From: Prorocentrum cordatum
Lineage: Eukaryota
Direction of reading: 5' to 3'
NCBI GenBank assembly: GCA_963575745.1
Contig: CAUYUJ010000105.1
Coordinates: 62,001 to 118,187 of the forward strand
DNA: 56,187 bases
Shown in pieces: positions 39,836-52,812 of this stretch (its first letter is position 1; every line of letters begins with the position of its first letter). Below the pieces are notes generated by a model that was not told the origin of the DNA, ran no database searches, and was given only the letters and a program-made list of their open reading frames with translations. Position numbers and translations under genes: made by a program.

Positions 39836-40455
39836 CTGATGCTGATGCTGATGCTGATGCTGATGCTGATGATGATGATGATGATGATGCTGACGGTGAT
39901 TATGATGATGATGCTGATGATGATATTGATTGTTATCATGAATATGATGTTGAGGATGATGATGTTGCTGATAATGCTGGTGATGCTGCTGAGGAGGAGG
40001 AGGAGGAAATTAATAATAAGAATCCTAATAATGCTGATGCTGAAGATAATGATGATGCTGATGACGATTGATCACGATGATGCTGCTGATCTTGATTATG
40101 ATGATGGTGACTATGACGATGACGATGACGATGGCGGTCATGATGATGCTGCCGACGATGATGATACTGATGATGATGGTGATGATGGTTATGCGGAGGG
40201 TGATGCTGATGATGGTGATGATGATACTGATGATGATGCTGATGGTGATGCTGCTGACGATGGTGATGAATCTGATGATGATGATGATGACGATGGTGGT
40301 GATGTGTCTGATAATACTGTTGACCATGCTGGTGATAGTGATGATGATGCTGATGGTGATGGTGATGCTGATGATGATGATGCTGGTGATGCTGCTGCTG
40401 ATGATGATGATGATGATGATGCTGGTGATGCTGCTGCTGCTGATGATGATGATGG

Positions 40456-40491
<36 letters not shown>

Positions 40492-40955
40492 CGATGACGA
40501 CGACGACGACGAAGATGATGAGGAGGAGGAAGAGGATGACATTTGCTTTGGGGGGCTTTGGGTCGGACGGAATGGGTCTGAGGTGCAAGGTTTCCGGACG
40601 CCTCCGTAGGTTCCTCGGGATGCTCTCGAGCAGCTGCGCCTCGCAGAGAGCGCTCTGGGTGTGGAGGAGGAGCAGCAGGAGGAGGCGGACGAGGAGGAGA
40701 ACAGAGGGGGAGGGCGGGATGGGGAAAGGGGGGTACGAGACCTGATCTCCCTCCTCGTCCTCCTCCTCCTCCTCCTTCTCCTCCTTCCCCTCTTCCTCCT
40801 CCTTCTTCTCTCCTCCTCCTCCTTTTCCTCCTCCTCCCCTCCTCCTCCTCCTCCTCTTCCTCCTCCTCCCTGTCTCTGCTCCTCGTCCCCAAACCTGCCC
40901 CCTCTTCCCCCCTCTCCTCCTCCTCCTGTTCCCCCCTCCCCTCCCCCCTCCCCCT
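39478..40955. repeat. Compound low-complexity tract (GAG)n-(GAT)n-(GAC)n-(CCT)n
   Basis: Successive trinucleotide runs, intronic. Confidence 0.93.
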
Positions 40956-41497
40956 GCGGAGCTTGCCGCGTGCAGCCGGCTCCGGCCCCGCCGCCGGGCG
41001 CCTGCCCTCGCTGCACCCGCGCGGGGAGGCGCCGGGAGGCGCCAGGGAACCCGCGAGGGGCTGGTTCGCCCACCGCCCCCCTTGTCTCGGGGAAACGTAA
41101 GACTCGAGTACAGTCGGTGCCCTGAAGAAGGAACCCTTTTCGTTGGGGAGGGGCTCCGTGTTCCTTAATTGTTTCGCAGCTTGCCTCAGGTTTTCCTTAG
41201 GTTTTCGATACGAAATCGAAGTTCAACTTGTGGAAAATAAGGGCCTCGTTCTTATTTAGGGTTCCTTAGGTCAAGGCCCCGACTGTAAGCCGTACCTCGG
41301 GTTTGCCGGCTTCTTTTTTGACGAGCGCGTCCTGGTTTTTGGCGGTCCGTTTTCGCGGGATGTCTGCAGCGGGAGCCCGCGTCAAATTTCAGAGTGGGCC
41401 TCCTCATTTTTATGATGGCCCCCGTCAGGCCAAGCCGAGTCCCCCGTACCCGAGTCTGACGTCTCCCCGATTGTCGACGGCGGGCCCTGGGGGGGGG

Positions 41498-41626
41498 AGG
41501 TTCGAGCTGCGAGGTTCGAGGTCCGAGGTTCGAGCTGCGAGGTTCGAGCTGCGAGGTTCGAGCTGCGAGGTTCGAGCTGCGAGGTTCGAGGCTCGAGCTC
41601 GACGTGCGAGCTGCGAGGTTCGAGGC
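41498..41626. repeat. 14-bp tandem repeat GGTTCGAGCTGCGA, about 8 copies
   Basis: Directly visible tandem units with minor variants. Confidence 0.9.
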
Positions 41627-42046
41627 TGCTCTTTCCAGGCGTTTTCGGCCTCCTGCGGGGGCCGCTTTCGGGCCCGGGGGCCCCGGAGACTCGATCCGGG
41701 GTGAGAGTCCGAGTCGGATGGGCTCCTGGAGGGACTGGGGATCGGCGGCGCGCCTGCGGGGGGAGTGCGTAGGAGAAGGGATTCTCAGAAGGCGGCAGGC
41801 GGCGGGACTTCTCAGAAACCCTCGCGCCTTCTGAGCAGTTTTCTGTGTCTTCGGGGAAGGCCAGAGCGCGCAGCCCGACCGTGACCGCCTGCCGCTGGCG
41901 CTTCCGCCTGCGGCCGTAAAAAAAAGAAAAGAAGGCCAGAGCACTTTCCAGAACTCTGGGGGACTTCCGGGCCTTTGCCATCCCTCAGCCACGCGCAGAG
42001 GGGGGAATGCTTCTGAGAATCAACCCTGCTTCTCAGAAAGTTCGGG

Positions 42047-42049
<3 letters not shown>

Positions 42050-42112
<63 letters not shown>
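42050..42112. repeat. (TC)n(TA)n microsatellite
   Basis: Adjacent dinucleotide runs. Confidence 0.95.
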
Positions 42113-42115
<3 letters not shown>

Positions 42116-42129
42116 TGTGATCGGTTTTC

Positions 42130-43150
42130 TCGATTTGGGCCGAAGAGGCCCACATCTTTGATTTTCATTGTTTTTTTCGACGTGTTTCGGTTTCTCGTGT
42201 TCTCGACCTTCCGACGCTCCAAGACGGCCGACGACGCCCCCAAGACCGCTCCCAGACCGCCGAAGAGGCCCCCAACAGAGCCCCGAGACTGCCCTGGGGA
42301 ACCCGGAAATTACCCAGGAGGAGCCTCGGACGGCCAAGCTGGGCCAAAGAGCTGGGCCAAGGAGCGGAAGCGGGAGGCCCCAAGGCGCTCCAAGAGGGCC
42401 CAGCTGGCCCCAACGTGGCCCAGGGACGGGCCCATCACGGCCAGGACACAGCCCAAGAGGCCTCCAAGAGGCCCCAAGAGAGCCGAGAGGCGTCCCGAGA
42501 GAGCCCGAAGAGGCCCACATCCTTGATTTCCAGCTGTTTTTTCAATGTTTTTCGCTTCCTCGCGTTCTCGAGCTTCCAACGCTCCAAGACGGCCGAAGAC
42601 GCCCGAAGATCGCCCCAAGACCGCCGAAGAGGCCCTAAAAAGAGCACCAAGAGGGCCCCGGAGAGCTTGAAGACTGCCCAAGAGAGCAGCCCAAGATTGC
42701 CTGATAATCCCAGGAGAGGCACAAGATGGGCCCCAGAGCGGGAGCGGGAGACCTCCAGGCGCTCCAAGACGGCCCAGGTGATTCCAAGTGGCCCCAGGGG
42801 AGCTCAAGACGGCAAACACACAGCCCAAGAGGCCTCCAAGAGGGCCCAAGAGAGCTCCGAGAGACGTCCCGAGAGAGTCCAAAGAGGCCCAAATCATTGA
42901 TTTGCTTTGGTTTGCTTAATATTTTTCGCTTTTTCGCGGTCTCGAGCTTCCAATGCTCGAAGACGGCCGCAGACGCCCCCAAGACCGCCCCAAGACCGCC
43001 GAAGAAGCACCCAAAAGAGCTTCAAGATAGCTCCAGGGAGCTTGAAAATTGCCCAGGAGGAGCCCCAGACGGCCCAAGAGAGCCCCAGGACAGGCCACAG
43101 AGCGGGAGCGGGAGGCCCAAGGGCCATCCCAGACGGCCCAGATGGCCCGG
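42130..43150 (+). repeat. Tandem repeat of about 365-375 bp (about 3 copies) from a CCAAGA-rich dispersed repeat family
   Basis: The anchor CC(G/A)AAGAGGCCCA.ATC recurs at about 42140, 42505 and 42879. Related segments occur near 45300-45450 and 48660-49220, and inverted near 47760-48270. Confidence 0.8.
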
Positions 43151-44956
43151 GCCTCCCCCCTCCGCCCCTCCTTCCCTCCCGCCCCCTCCCCTTGCCTGCA
43201 TTCCCTCCTCTCTCTTCTTCCTCCCCTCACCCCTCAGCTTTCGTGCTCCTCCCTCCTCTCTTGGGACGGCCCGCCGGAGCGCCAGATAGGCCCCGCCAGA
43301 GCGAGCGGGGCATCGCTATACGCTATAATTTCACAAGTTGTTTTGCCCCTCCCACCCCTCAAGGGCGGCCCCGGCAGAGCGAGAGGGGTGTTGCTATACC
43401 ATATACAGTCCCTGTTTTGGTGTGCTCCTCCCACCGCACCCGAGGTAGCCCCGTCAGACCGCACGGGGTTTGGCTATACCATACTTTTCCTCAGGTTTCG
43501 TGCTCCTCCTTCCCCTCCTGGGCAAGCCCCGCCAGAGCGCCGGGGAAAACCCCGCCAGAGAGAGCAGGGCATCGCCACACCCCCCTCCCTCACCTCCTGA
43601 AAAGCTTTGCCAGAGCGCCAAGAAGGTACCGCCAGAGGCCCCGCCAGAGCTTCAGGCAGCACCATACATGGGATTTGCCAGGCAAATCATTGAGCATCCC
43701 CCGTGAGCCCGAACCTTGTGCTCCCACGGGTGCGATTATCCACGGCATGAGGTTTGGCGCGCAGCACAAAGAAGCTTCCCCACTCCCGTGGACGGATTCG
43801 ATAAACACTGATTGCAGAGAAGGGCAATGATGACCGGGACTGGGACATCTGCGCGCGCCTTCTGCAGATACCCGACAGCTCAACGACCGCTGAAAGCGAG
43901 AAGCCTGGATCACAAGGGAGAAGGAAAAACAATGCGCTCCCACGCGCACGCAACGAGGCCCCGAGCCAACCCCAACATCAGGATCCGGCGGATGTCTGCG
44001 TGACCGGGCATGGGGAAACCGAGCATATGTGCAAACACATTGAGTGTCATGACGGAGCAGACCGGAAGTGAAAGTGGAGAAAACAGCGCAGTGCGATAAA
44101 CCAATCAAATGCGGCAGCGAGATGGTGAGATACGCGGGAACGTGGCGCCCCGCGTTATGGCTGCGCGTTTCTTTGCGTCGATGGCATTGGCCCGAAAACG
44201 CTGGAAATCGGCGTTGTGGCCACAGCGGGGCTTACAGCGGCACCCGTGGCTCATCTGCGATTAGAACCTAAGCGCGCGCGTAGCGCGCGCGTGGGAGGCT
44301 CGAACATCGCCCCGCAAACATCCGAAAGGGCTTCCAGCGGCTTCCAGGCATTCCAAGAGTCTCAAGATGGCACAACAGGGTCCCAAGATGGCCCAAGAGA
44401 GCCCCTATGACGGCCCAAGATGGCCCCATGGCCCAAGACCCCTTCCGCAGCATTCCAAATCGTGACCCGGTCGTTCACGGAGACCGAGGTTGGAGGCAGG
44501 GTGGCCCGAGGACCCCCCCAGAGACTCCTAGAAGACGCCCAGGAGGCCTCCAGAAGGCCTTAGGAAAGCCTGAGAACTTCTGCGAGGCCCCCAAGAGGCT
44601 CTCTAAGGAGGGCCCCCCCGCAACAAAAAAATTGAGGAGGATGGGAACAATACGCAACGTATGCCGAGAATGAGGAAACATAACCATGGAGGAAGGAAAT
44701 CGGATCACATTATTATAACGGCGACGCCAGAAAAGGTGTTGAGAAGTTATCTCTGAATTGTCGGCTCGACATTCCTGCCATTCCGTCAGCAGACCAAACA
44801 TCAAGGACCAATGTGCATGTCGCGAAGCGCCAATGCAGTCTTGTATATAATAGAGAGATCGACAGAGAGAGAGAGAGAGAGAAACAACAAAAAAAAAATC
44901 AAACAAGAGAAACATAGTGAGAGAGAGAGAGAGAGAAATAAATACAAAAATAATAG

Positions 44957-44995
<39 letters not shown>

Positions 44996-45093
44996 AGGGC
45001 ACAGGGTCGCGCGCCTTCGCCAAGCTGCCCCGCGTCGCCACGGCTGCCCCGGGCCTCCCCGGGGACCCTCTCCAGCGGCCCGAGAGCCGCCCA

Positions 45094-45261
45094 GACGGTT
45101 CTGAGTGGCGTCGAAGAGACACAAGAAGATTTCAAGACGGTTTTGAGTGGCGTCGAAGAGACACGAGAAGACTTCAAGACGGTTTTGACTGGCGTCAAAG
45201 AGACACAGGAAGACTTCAAGACGGTTTTGGGTGGCGTCGAAGAGACACGAGCAGACGTCGA
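45094..45261. repeat. 42-bp tandem repeat, 4 copies
   Basis: GACGGTTTTGAGTGGCGTCGAAGAGACACGAGAAGACTTCAA-like units at 45094, 45136, 45178 and 45220. Confidence 0.92.
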
Positions 45262-46451
45262 GATGCCCTGCGTGGCTTCCGGACGGTTCGACGAGCGCTC
45301 CCCAGAGGGCCTGAAGACGCAAAAGCCAATGATTGCCGCTCGGTTTTCCAACTTTTTTGGGGCTCTCGACTTCTCGAACTTCCGACGCTCCACCGTCGAC
45401 GTCCCCAGAGGCCCCCGAGACCGCCCCAAGACGACCCAACAGGCCTCCAAGAGGGACACACCGAAGAGCGGGGAAGACAGGGAGGATGGGGAGAACGAGG
45501 AGGAAGAAGAGGAGGAGGTGAAGGAACAGGGATCCCTTTCAGGGAGACGCCGACGAGGAAAAGGATGAGTATAAGATGACGGGAAAAGGGGGAACGGGAA
45601 GAGGAGGAGGGGAAGGGGGCTGCAGTGGACCAGGGATGATGACGGCGATGACGCTAATGATGATGACGATGACTATGTCGACGACGACGCCGACGACGAC
45701 CAACAAGGTGTTGATAATGCGGATGATGATGCTGAAAAGCACGATGGCGACGATGGCGATGGTGATCACGATGCTGATGATAATGGTGATAATGATGATT
45801 GTTGTGATGGTGATGGTGAAGGGGACCATGACCATGACGATGACGATGAAGATGACGGGGGTGAGGATGACAATGATGACGATGATCATGACCCTAGCTA
45901 GAACTTGAGCGCGCGCGAAGCGCGCGCGATGGTTCTACAACCCTCGTCAAAAATAAACTGACGGATTCTGTTTTCGGTGATTGTATGGTCAGCGCTACTC
46001 CAATGCTGACGCTAGATGCTAGATATCTGACGTGGACGTAAGGGCTTCAAAAATCCGACGACCCCTCCGCAGCATTGAAGAACGCAGTTTCAAACAAGTG
46101 CCCGAGAAGATCGATCGTCGTGATTGCCAATTGCGTTTCTGTTTTTTTGACGAGGCTTGTAGTATATATATATATGTATATACAAAACTGCATTGGCACT
46201 GCGCGCCATGCACCTTGGTCCTTCGAGTTCCGCAATCAAGCGGAATGCGTGCGTGTGTACATGCGCGCATGCATGTATATATACACGCGCACGCGCATGC
46301 ACTTTCCGTATATATGTCTAGGTGCATACAATATACTTTCATTGTTGCGTGTGTGTATTCAGCGTACATGTGTACATATAGATATATGTGTGTGAGGGTA
46401 TGAACATGCATATGCAACTCGTACGTGCTTTGTCGGTGCACGCCCATATGT

Positions 46452-46514
<63 letters not shown>

Positions 46515-46609
46515 CCATGTATATGTATATAACTATGGATTTGCATACACATGCTTATCTCAGGCGGTAGTGGCTTGACCAGTTGCTCGGGGCATCTCGT
46601 AACTGAAAG

Positions 46610-47240
46610 GTGCGAGGGTTTCAGGCGAACATGGCCATATTTACCATGGGGCAATGCATCGCCGGGGTCAGTGTGCGAGGATGCCTCAAGCGAAAATGGC
46701 CTGAGCACTTCCGCTCAGGACAGACCGGAGCTCAGTGGCGCGAGGATGTCTCAAGCGAAAGTGGCGGAATACCATGGGGCAGGGCATCTCGGAACCCAGA
46801 GCTGCGAGAACGTTTCTAGCGAAAGTGCCCCGAACACCTCAGCTCAAGGAGCCCTGGAACGTAGAGTTGCGAGAAAGTCTCAAAGCGGAAGTGGCTAGAC
46901 GACCTTGGGGCAGGGCTTCTCCGAGGTCAGAGTCCGGAAGAGGTCTCAGGCCACAGTGGTCTGATTTCCTCAGTTCAGCCTTGCGAGGAAGTCTCAAGCG
47001 AAGAGCGGTCTGAACACCTCAGCTCAGGGCATCTGGAAATCCAGAGTTGCGAAAAGTCGCAGGCGAAAGTAGGCTAACCACGATGGTGCAGGGCTCCTCC
47101 GAAGTCAGACTTGCGAGACTGTCTCAAGTGAAATTGGCCTGAACACCTTAGGCCAGGGCGTCTCGGACTCCAGAGTTGCGAGGATGTCTTAGGCGAAATG
47201 GCGGGACCACTGCGAGGCAAAGCGTTTCCGAAGTGAGAGT
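46610..47240. repeat. Diverged tandem repeat of about 64 bp, about 9-10 copies
   Basis: A GCGAGGATGTCTCAAGCGAAA-like anchor recurs at about 46675, 46740, 46804, 46869, 46983, 47049, 47113 and 47178. Confidence 0.8.
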
Positions 47241-47494
47241 TGTGATGATACCCGGGCGAAGCGGATCTCACGACTCCCTCTTCCTCCTCCCCCTCCTCGT
47301 TTTCTGTCTGGGTGATACTCGCCAGTCGTCCTCCGCACTCCCCTTGCGTATAATTCCCTCTTCCTGTTTCTTCATTTTCTTATTCTCGTTCTCCTGGTCC
47401 ACATCCTCTTCCTCCTCCTCCTCTCGTCCTCATCCTCCTCCTGAGTTGCCGGCCGGGCCGCGCCGAGCAAAGCCGGCGGGCTGGCCGAAACGGG

Positions 47495-47529
47495 GACGAC
47501 GACGATAACGACGACAATTACGACAACGA

Positions 47530-47605
<76 letters not shown>

Positions 47606-47632
47606 CAGCGACGGCGACGACGACGACGACGA
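47495..47632. repeat. (GAC)n microsatellite
   Basis: Near-perfect CGA run. Confidence 0.95.
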
Positions 47633-49226
47633 TATTGCAGCAGTCGACGAGCTATTTGGGGCAATATTGTGGGGGGCATCCTCGGGCATCTTCGCTGCAT
47701 GCCAAAAACTTCAACGACTGGGTCACAATGTGGAATGCCATGGGAGCAAAATCAATGAATGTTGGCATTCGGAAACATCGTGGGGGTGTTTTCGGGGCCC
47801 TCGTGGGCAGTTTTGGCGCCTTCATGGGCCGTCTTGCGGCCTTCTTGGGCCGTCTTGGGGAGCTTGGGCCCGCTGGAGCCCCCTTTGGACCCATCTTGGG
47901 CACTTCCGGGGACCTCCCATGGCCCTTTTGGGTCTGTGCTGGGAGCCCTTGGGGGGCCTCTTGGGTCCATCATGGGCTGCCTTGGGGCTCTCGTGGGCGA
48001 TCGTGGGGCCGGGCTCGGCCGTCTTGAAGCATTCTTGGGGGCCTTTTGGGGCGTCTTGAGGCGATCGCGGGGGCTTTGAAGCCGTCTTGAAAGCTGATGA
48101 AATCCGAAAGCCGAATATGCTAAACTTGTTTTACGAAGGGAATGAGACGATTTTTGTGTTTTGAAGGCCCCTTGGAAAGCTTTTTGGGGTACCTTGGGGG
48201 TCTTTCGGGCCGTCCTGAATCAATTGGAGTCCCTCTTGGAGCGCTCTTGTGCTGTCTGGGGCCTCCCTTGAGCCTTTCTGATGACCCCTCTGATCGCTCT
48301 GGGTCTGCTGGCAAGGCGTTTGTGGAGACCCGGAAAGCCGGGTGACCTTTTCCAAGGACGTCCAAGGGAGCCCGAGAACCCCAGGTCCCCAGGATCCAGT
48401 TTTTTTGGGGAGGGGGGGGAGGGGTGACGGTTTCCCCCCCCCCGGGCTCGTAAAAATACAGGAAGAGGAATATGTAGAGAGAGATATGTATCGGAGAACG
48501 CCAAGGGCGGGCCCAGAACCACGGCCCGAGTTCGCATGGGGGCCCTGGGGGCACCACGAGCGCCCCCGTGGCCTCCACTGTGGCCCCGTAGGCGTGCAGA
48601 TGGCCCACAAATTGGCACGATAGTCTACCGGGCCAGTCCATCACACTCCAAGAGCGCCGAAGCGGCCTTATGAATGGCCTCCGAAGGTTGCCATGCTGCG
48701 CCAGGACGGCCTCGGGCAGGCTTCAGTAGGCGCCCGAGGCCCCAGACGAGTGCCCCTGGAGGCAAAAGTCGTTGATTTCGTTTGGTGTTTCCATGTTTTT
48801 GGGGTCCAGCACTTTTCGAGTTTCAGACAGTCGCAGACGGCCTAGGAGGCCCACAAGACCGCCCCAAGACGGGCCAAGAGGCCCCGAGGAGGGCCCCGGG
48901 ACAGCCTAACAGGGCTCCATGACAGCCCCAGGGGCGCCCAAGACGGCCCAAGATGGCTTAAAGACGGCCCCAAGATGGGCTCGAGCGGCTCAAGAGGGGG
49001 AGCATGAACCGAAATTTCGAGTCCTTCGTCCCAAGAGGCTCCCAGGAGGCCCCGAGAAGGCGCCAGGACGTCCTCGGGCAGGCTTCAGTGGGCGCCCGAG
49101 GTCCCAGACGAGTGCCCAGGGAGGCGAAAATTGTTGATCCCCCTTAGGTTTTTCAATGTTTTTCTTTGCCCTCCACTTTTCAAGTTTCCGACGCTCCAAG
49201 ACGGCCAAAGAGGCCTCCAACATCGT

Positions 49227-49245
49227 TCGTACATTTTGGCTCAAG
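49227..49245 (+). other. Dinoflagellate spliced-leader relic
   Basis: TCGTACATTTTGGCTCAAG contains an exact 14-nt match (CATTTTGGCTCAAG, 49232-49245) to the 3' part of DinoSL, preceded by CGTA. Confidence 0.7.
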
Positions 49246-49699
49246 TTAGGGCTCCAGCGCCTTCGGATTAAGATTTTGTTGTGTTTGCAGGTTGATCTAG
49301 CTGACTTGACGCTTACCGTTGCACAAAATGGACTCTTCATGTCAGTGCATCCATGATGATGAATAGTTCTAGACCTTCGTGAACCCTCACCCACTTCTGA
49401 CGACTGCAGGCGCTCCGCTGCTCCATCGCGCCGCGGGGGCGGCGTCAGTCTGGAATGGACCACCCCCCAGGACGGCCGACGGAAGTCAATTCCCCTTCAA
49501 GGATTGCAATAGCAACCGAATAGGGCGGTGGCGATTCGGAGATGGAGCAAGAAAGCTTCGGATTCAAGCTCCACTCGAAGAGTGATAACGTAGTTCTACT
49601 TTTAATACCATTCAGATATTGACGGGATTCTGGGTAGTTCTTTCAATCTAGGGATAAACCACCGGTATTCTCATGACGGTTACATTGCAACATGAACCA

Positions 49700-49880
49700 T
49701 AATCATTATTATTCGTATTAGTATTACTTCTCTTACAATCAGATTTTAATACAAGTATATTTTTATAATTATTATTACTATTCTTATTATTATAATTAGA
49801 GTGATAATTATTATTGGTATTGTAATTATTAGTATTATTATTGTTATTCTTATTAATATTATCATTATTATTATTATCAT
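49700..49880. repeat. Degenerate (ATT)n AT-rich tract
   Basis: TTA repeats with very low GC relative to the flanks. Confidence 0.85.
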
Positions 49881-50119
49881 GTACTGCTTTAGCAATAACT
49901 ACATCGTTTCATCGGACGGCGGCATTTGATCATTTTCCGCGTTCCTACGATGCCTCGCGGGCGAGAATGTTTATTTTCGCGATTCCGCCGTGCTGGAGAT
50001 ATCGCTCCGTGCGGGGTGGGCGCGGTATTTGGGATGGGGCCGGCGTGAGGACGGCTGTCAATGCTTAACGCTTCCTGAGCGAGCCAGCGCCTAGAACTTC
50101 AGTGGTTGATCTATCAGGA

Positions 50120-51290
50120 CCCGTGCACGTTTCTAAAAGCCAATGTGCGCGGCGCTAGGGCGAGAGCCATATTTTGAAACTGATCCGCCCTCAATCCGTA
50201 CAACTCGTGCACATGCGTATAGCAGATATGCGCGGCGCTACGGCGAGAGCCATATTTTGAAACCGAGCCGCCCTCAACCCGTGAAGCTCGTGCAATTGTT
50301 CTAATTGCGCGCGGCGCCAGGGCGAGAGAGCCGGATTTCTTGTGTTTTATATATACACATATATACATATATAATGTATGTATGTATGTACGTATGTACA
50401 TATGTATGTATGTGTATATATGTATATATAGACAAACGCCTTAAACCGTGAAACTCGTGCACACCTTGAAAAAACGAATGTACGCGGCGCTGAGGCGAGA
50501 GCTAGATTTTGAAACCGAGCCGCCCTCAATCCGTGAAACCAGTGCACATTAACAGCATGAGAAAACCATGTGCGCGGCGATGAAGCGATATATAGATTTT
50601 GAAACCGCGCCGCCCTCAATCCGTGAAACTCGTGAAAGTTTTTGAAGCGAGTGCGCGCAGCGCTGAAGCGATAGCAACATTTTGAAACCGTCCGTATTCA
50701 ATCCGTGAAGCTCTTGCTAATGTTCTCAGTGAGTGTGCGCGGCGCTAAGGCGAGAGCTAGATTTTGAATCCGAGCCGCCCTCATTCCGTGAAGCCCGTGC
50801 ACATTTTTGAAAACCAATGTGCGCGGCGTTGAGGCGAGAGTTAGATTTTGAAACCTTGCCGCCTTCATTCCGTAAAACCCGTGCACGTCTAATAAAGCGA
50901 ATGTGCGCTGCGCTGAGGCGAGAGTGAGATTTTGAAACCGAGCCGCATTCAACCCGTGAAAGCCGTGCACGTAAACGAATGTGCGCGGCGCTGAAGCGAG
51001 AGCTAGATTTTGAAACCAAGTCGCCCTCAACCCGTGGAACTCGTGCAACTGTTTAAAGCAAGCGAGTGCGCGCGGCGCCAAAGCGAGAGGTATATTTTTT
51101 ATGTATTAGAAAGAGCGGCCGCCCTCAATCCGTGAAACTCGTGCACAGGTAGAAAAGCGAATGCGCGCGGCGCGGAGGCGAGAGCTAGATTTTGAAACCA
51201 TCCCGCCTTCACTCCGTAAATATTTTGCATATTTTCTCAGTGGGTGCGCGCGACGCCAAGGCGAAACCTAGATTTTGAAAACGAGCCTGA
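50120..51290. repeat. Minisatellite of about 85 bp (about 12 copies) with an internal (TA/TATG)n interruption
   Basis: Approximate unit AATGTGCGCGGCGCTGAGGCGAGAGCTAGATTTTGAAACCGAGCCGCCCTCAATCCGTGAAACTCGTGCAC plus a variable linker. Confidence 0.92.
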
Positions 51291-52636
51291 AGTGGGCGGA
51301 TTGGTTTTTAGGTTTTGCTGTTTGCGCGATGCTATAAATATCACTCCGCTACTCACGCTACTCACCCACATGATTCTCTGGCGGTGCTAAGCTAACAAGG
51401 GGGGCTTAATACCTTTTAGGGGTATTCGAACCCATCTAGGAGGCCTCTAGACTTAGCGCTGTTATGGCCCCTCTTCGGGCTCCTGTGGATGATCGTCGAA
51501 CCGTCCCGACGCGTCGGAAGCACCACGGAAGCGGCAGTCAGCATTCAACCATGCTGGTTTTCTGTTTGATGTTGAGTGACTTTTATGGGGAATTTTTAGC
51601 GGATCCAGGGCCACTGGGGGCCGCATTGGTGCAGTCTTGCAACATGATGGAGGCCATAATGCACTATCTTGGGCTAGAGTGCGCCATATTGAAGGCCATC
51701 TTTGGTAACCCGAGGGCCAGCTTGGATCCATAGGGCCGCCCTGAACGCTCTAACTGGTCGCGGGGGGCCGTTCATCCTTGAAACGGGAATTGGTGGGCTG
51801 GGAGAGCTCACTCCCTAATACTCTCTAAACTACCTGATGCGTGACGATGAGTGAGTGGCTAGTGATTTGTTCAGGCTTGATGCGTGAGGATCGTCGGATC
51901 TTTGAGCGGGTCCTTGGAGCCCCCGTTGCGGCCTAACGCGTCGCCGAGCCCCAACTTGGCCGGGCGCTGGGCCAGCTCGAGGCGCGCCGGGCCCCGGGGA
52001 TTCCGCAGGCAGGGCACGTACTGCGAAGGCCTGCTGGGACCCCCGCTGGCGACCCCCTCCTGTGACCTGCCGGGACCCCCGGGGGGCGGTGTTCTGACCC
52101 GGGATTGCCCCCGCTCTCCCCTCCCCTTCCCCCCACCCAGCCCCACCACTGCCGCTGTTAAGGCCCAGTCCAGCGACCACCCCCCCCCTTTAAGTTTCGT
52201 TCCGTGCGTCGCCCGAGCGTCGCCCGTGCGCCGGCCCTGGTTTGCGCCTCTGTCCCGAACCCCAGCCTCCCAGAGTGCGTGGGGGGGGCGGAAGGGGTGG
52301 CAATGTGCCACCCCTTCCGCACCCCCCCCGGCAGGGAAGGGGTAAAGGGAAGGCGCTGCCCTTCGACTGAACTGCGACATTCCGTGTCCTTGTTTTTCAA
52401 CTTCCGTGGGACTGCCGACGATGACGACGCCAGCGTCTCACACACGCCGAATGGTCGGTGGATTTCCATCTGGAGGGGACGAGGCGGTGAGGTGACCCCG
52501 ATGCGTTGTTTTCATCGTTGCTAAATGTATTAGGGCGGGCGCAGCGTATAGGTTGATACCTATTCTGTTTCCGTAATCTCCTCGCGTGGACGCGCTTGCG
52601 GGCAGCGCCAGCGTCCCTTTCGAGTGACCCGACGAG

Positions 52637-52812
52637 GGCATCTTCGCGCTCACCTCCTGCATCACGCCGAGCCACAAGCTGTCGCACCTCAACCTGAGCT
52701 TCAACAACGTCGGTAAGGACGGCGCCTCGGCCATCGCGAAGCTGGTGAGCATCTACCCCCGGCTGACCCACCTGGACGTGACCTCTGCCGAGATCCCGTC
52801 CGAGGGCCTGAG
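52637..52812 (+). CDS. Host gene exon E: LRR
   Basis: GIFALTSCITPSHKLSHLNLSFNNVGKDGASAIAKLVSIYPRLTHLDVTSAEIPSEGL, with GAG|G acceptor and phase-2 GAG|GT donor. Confidence 0.88.

Noticed and set aside
35724..41125. Poly-Asp, poly-Thr, poly-Met and poly-His ORFs
   Set aside because: Translations of (GAC)n, (GAT)n and (GAG)n tracts lying inside predicted introns.
45094..45261. 42-bp repeats as a CRISPR array or coding repeat
   Set aside because: Contiguous tandem units without spacers, and no supporting gene context.
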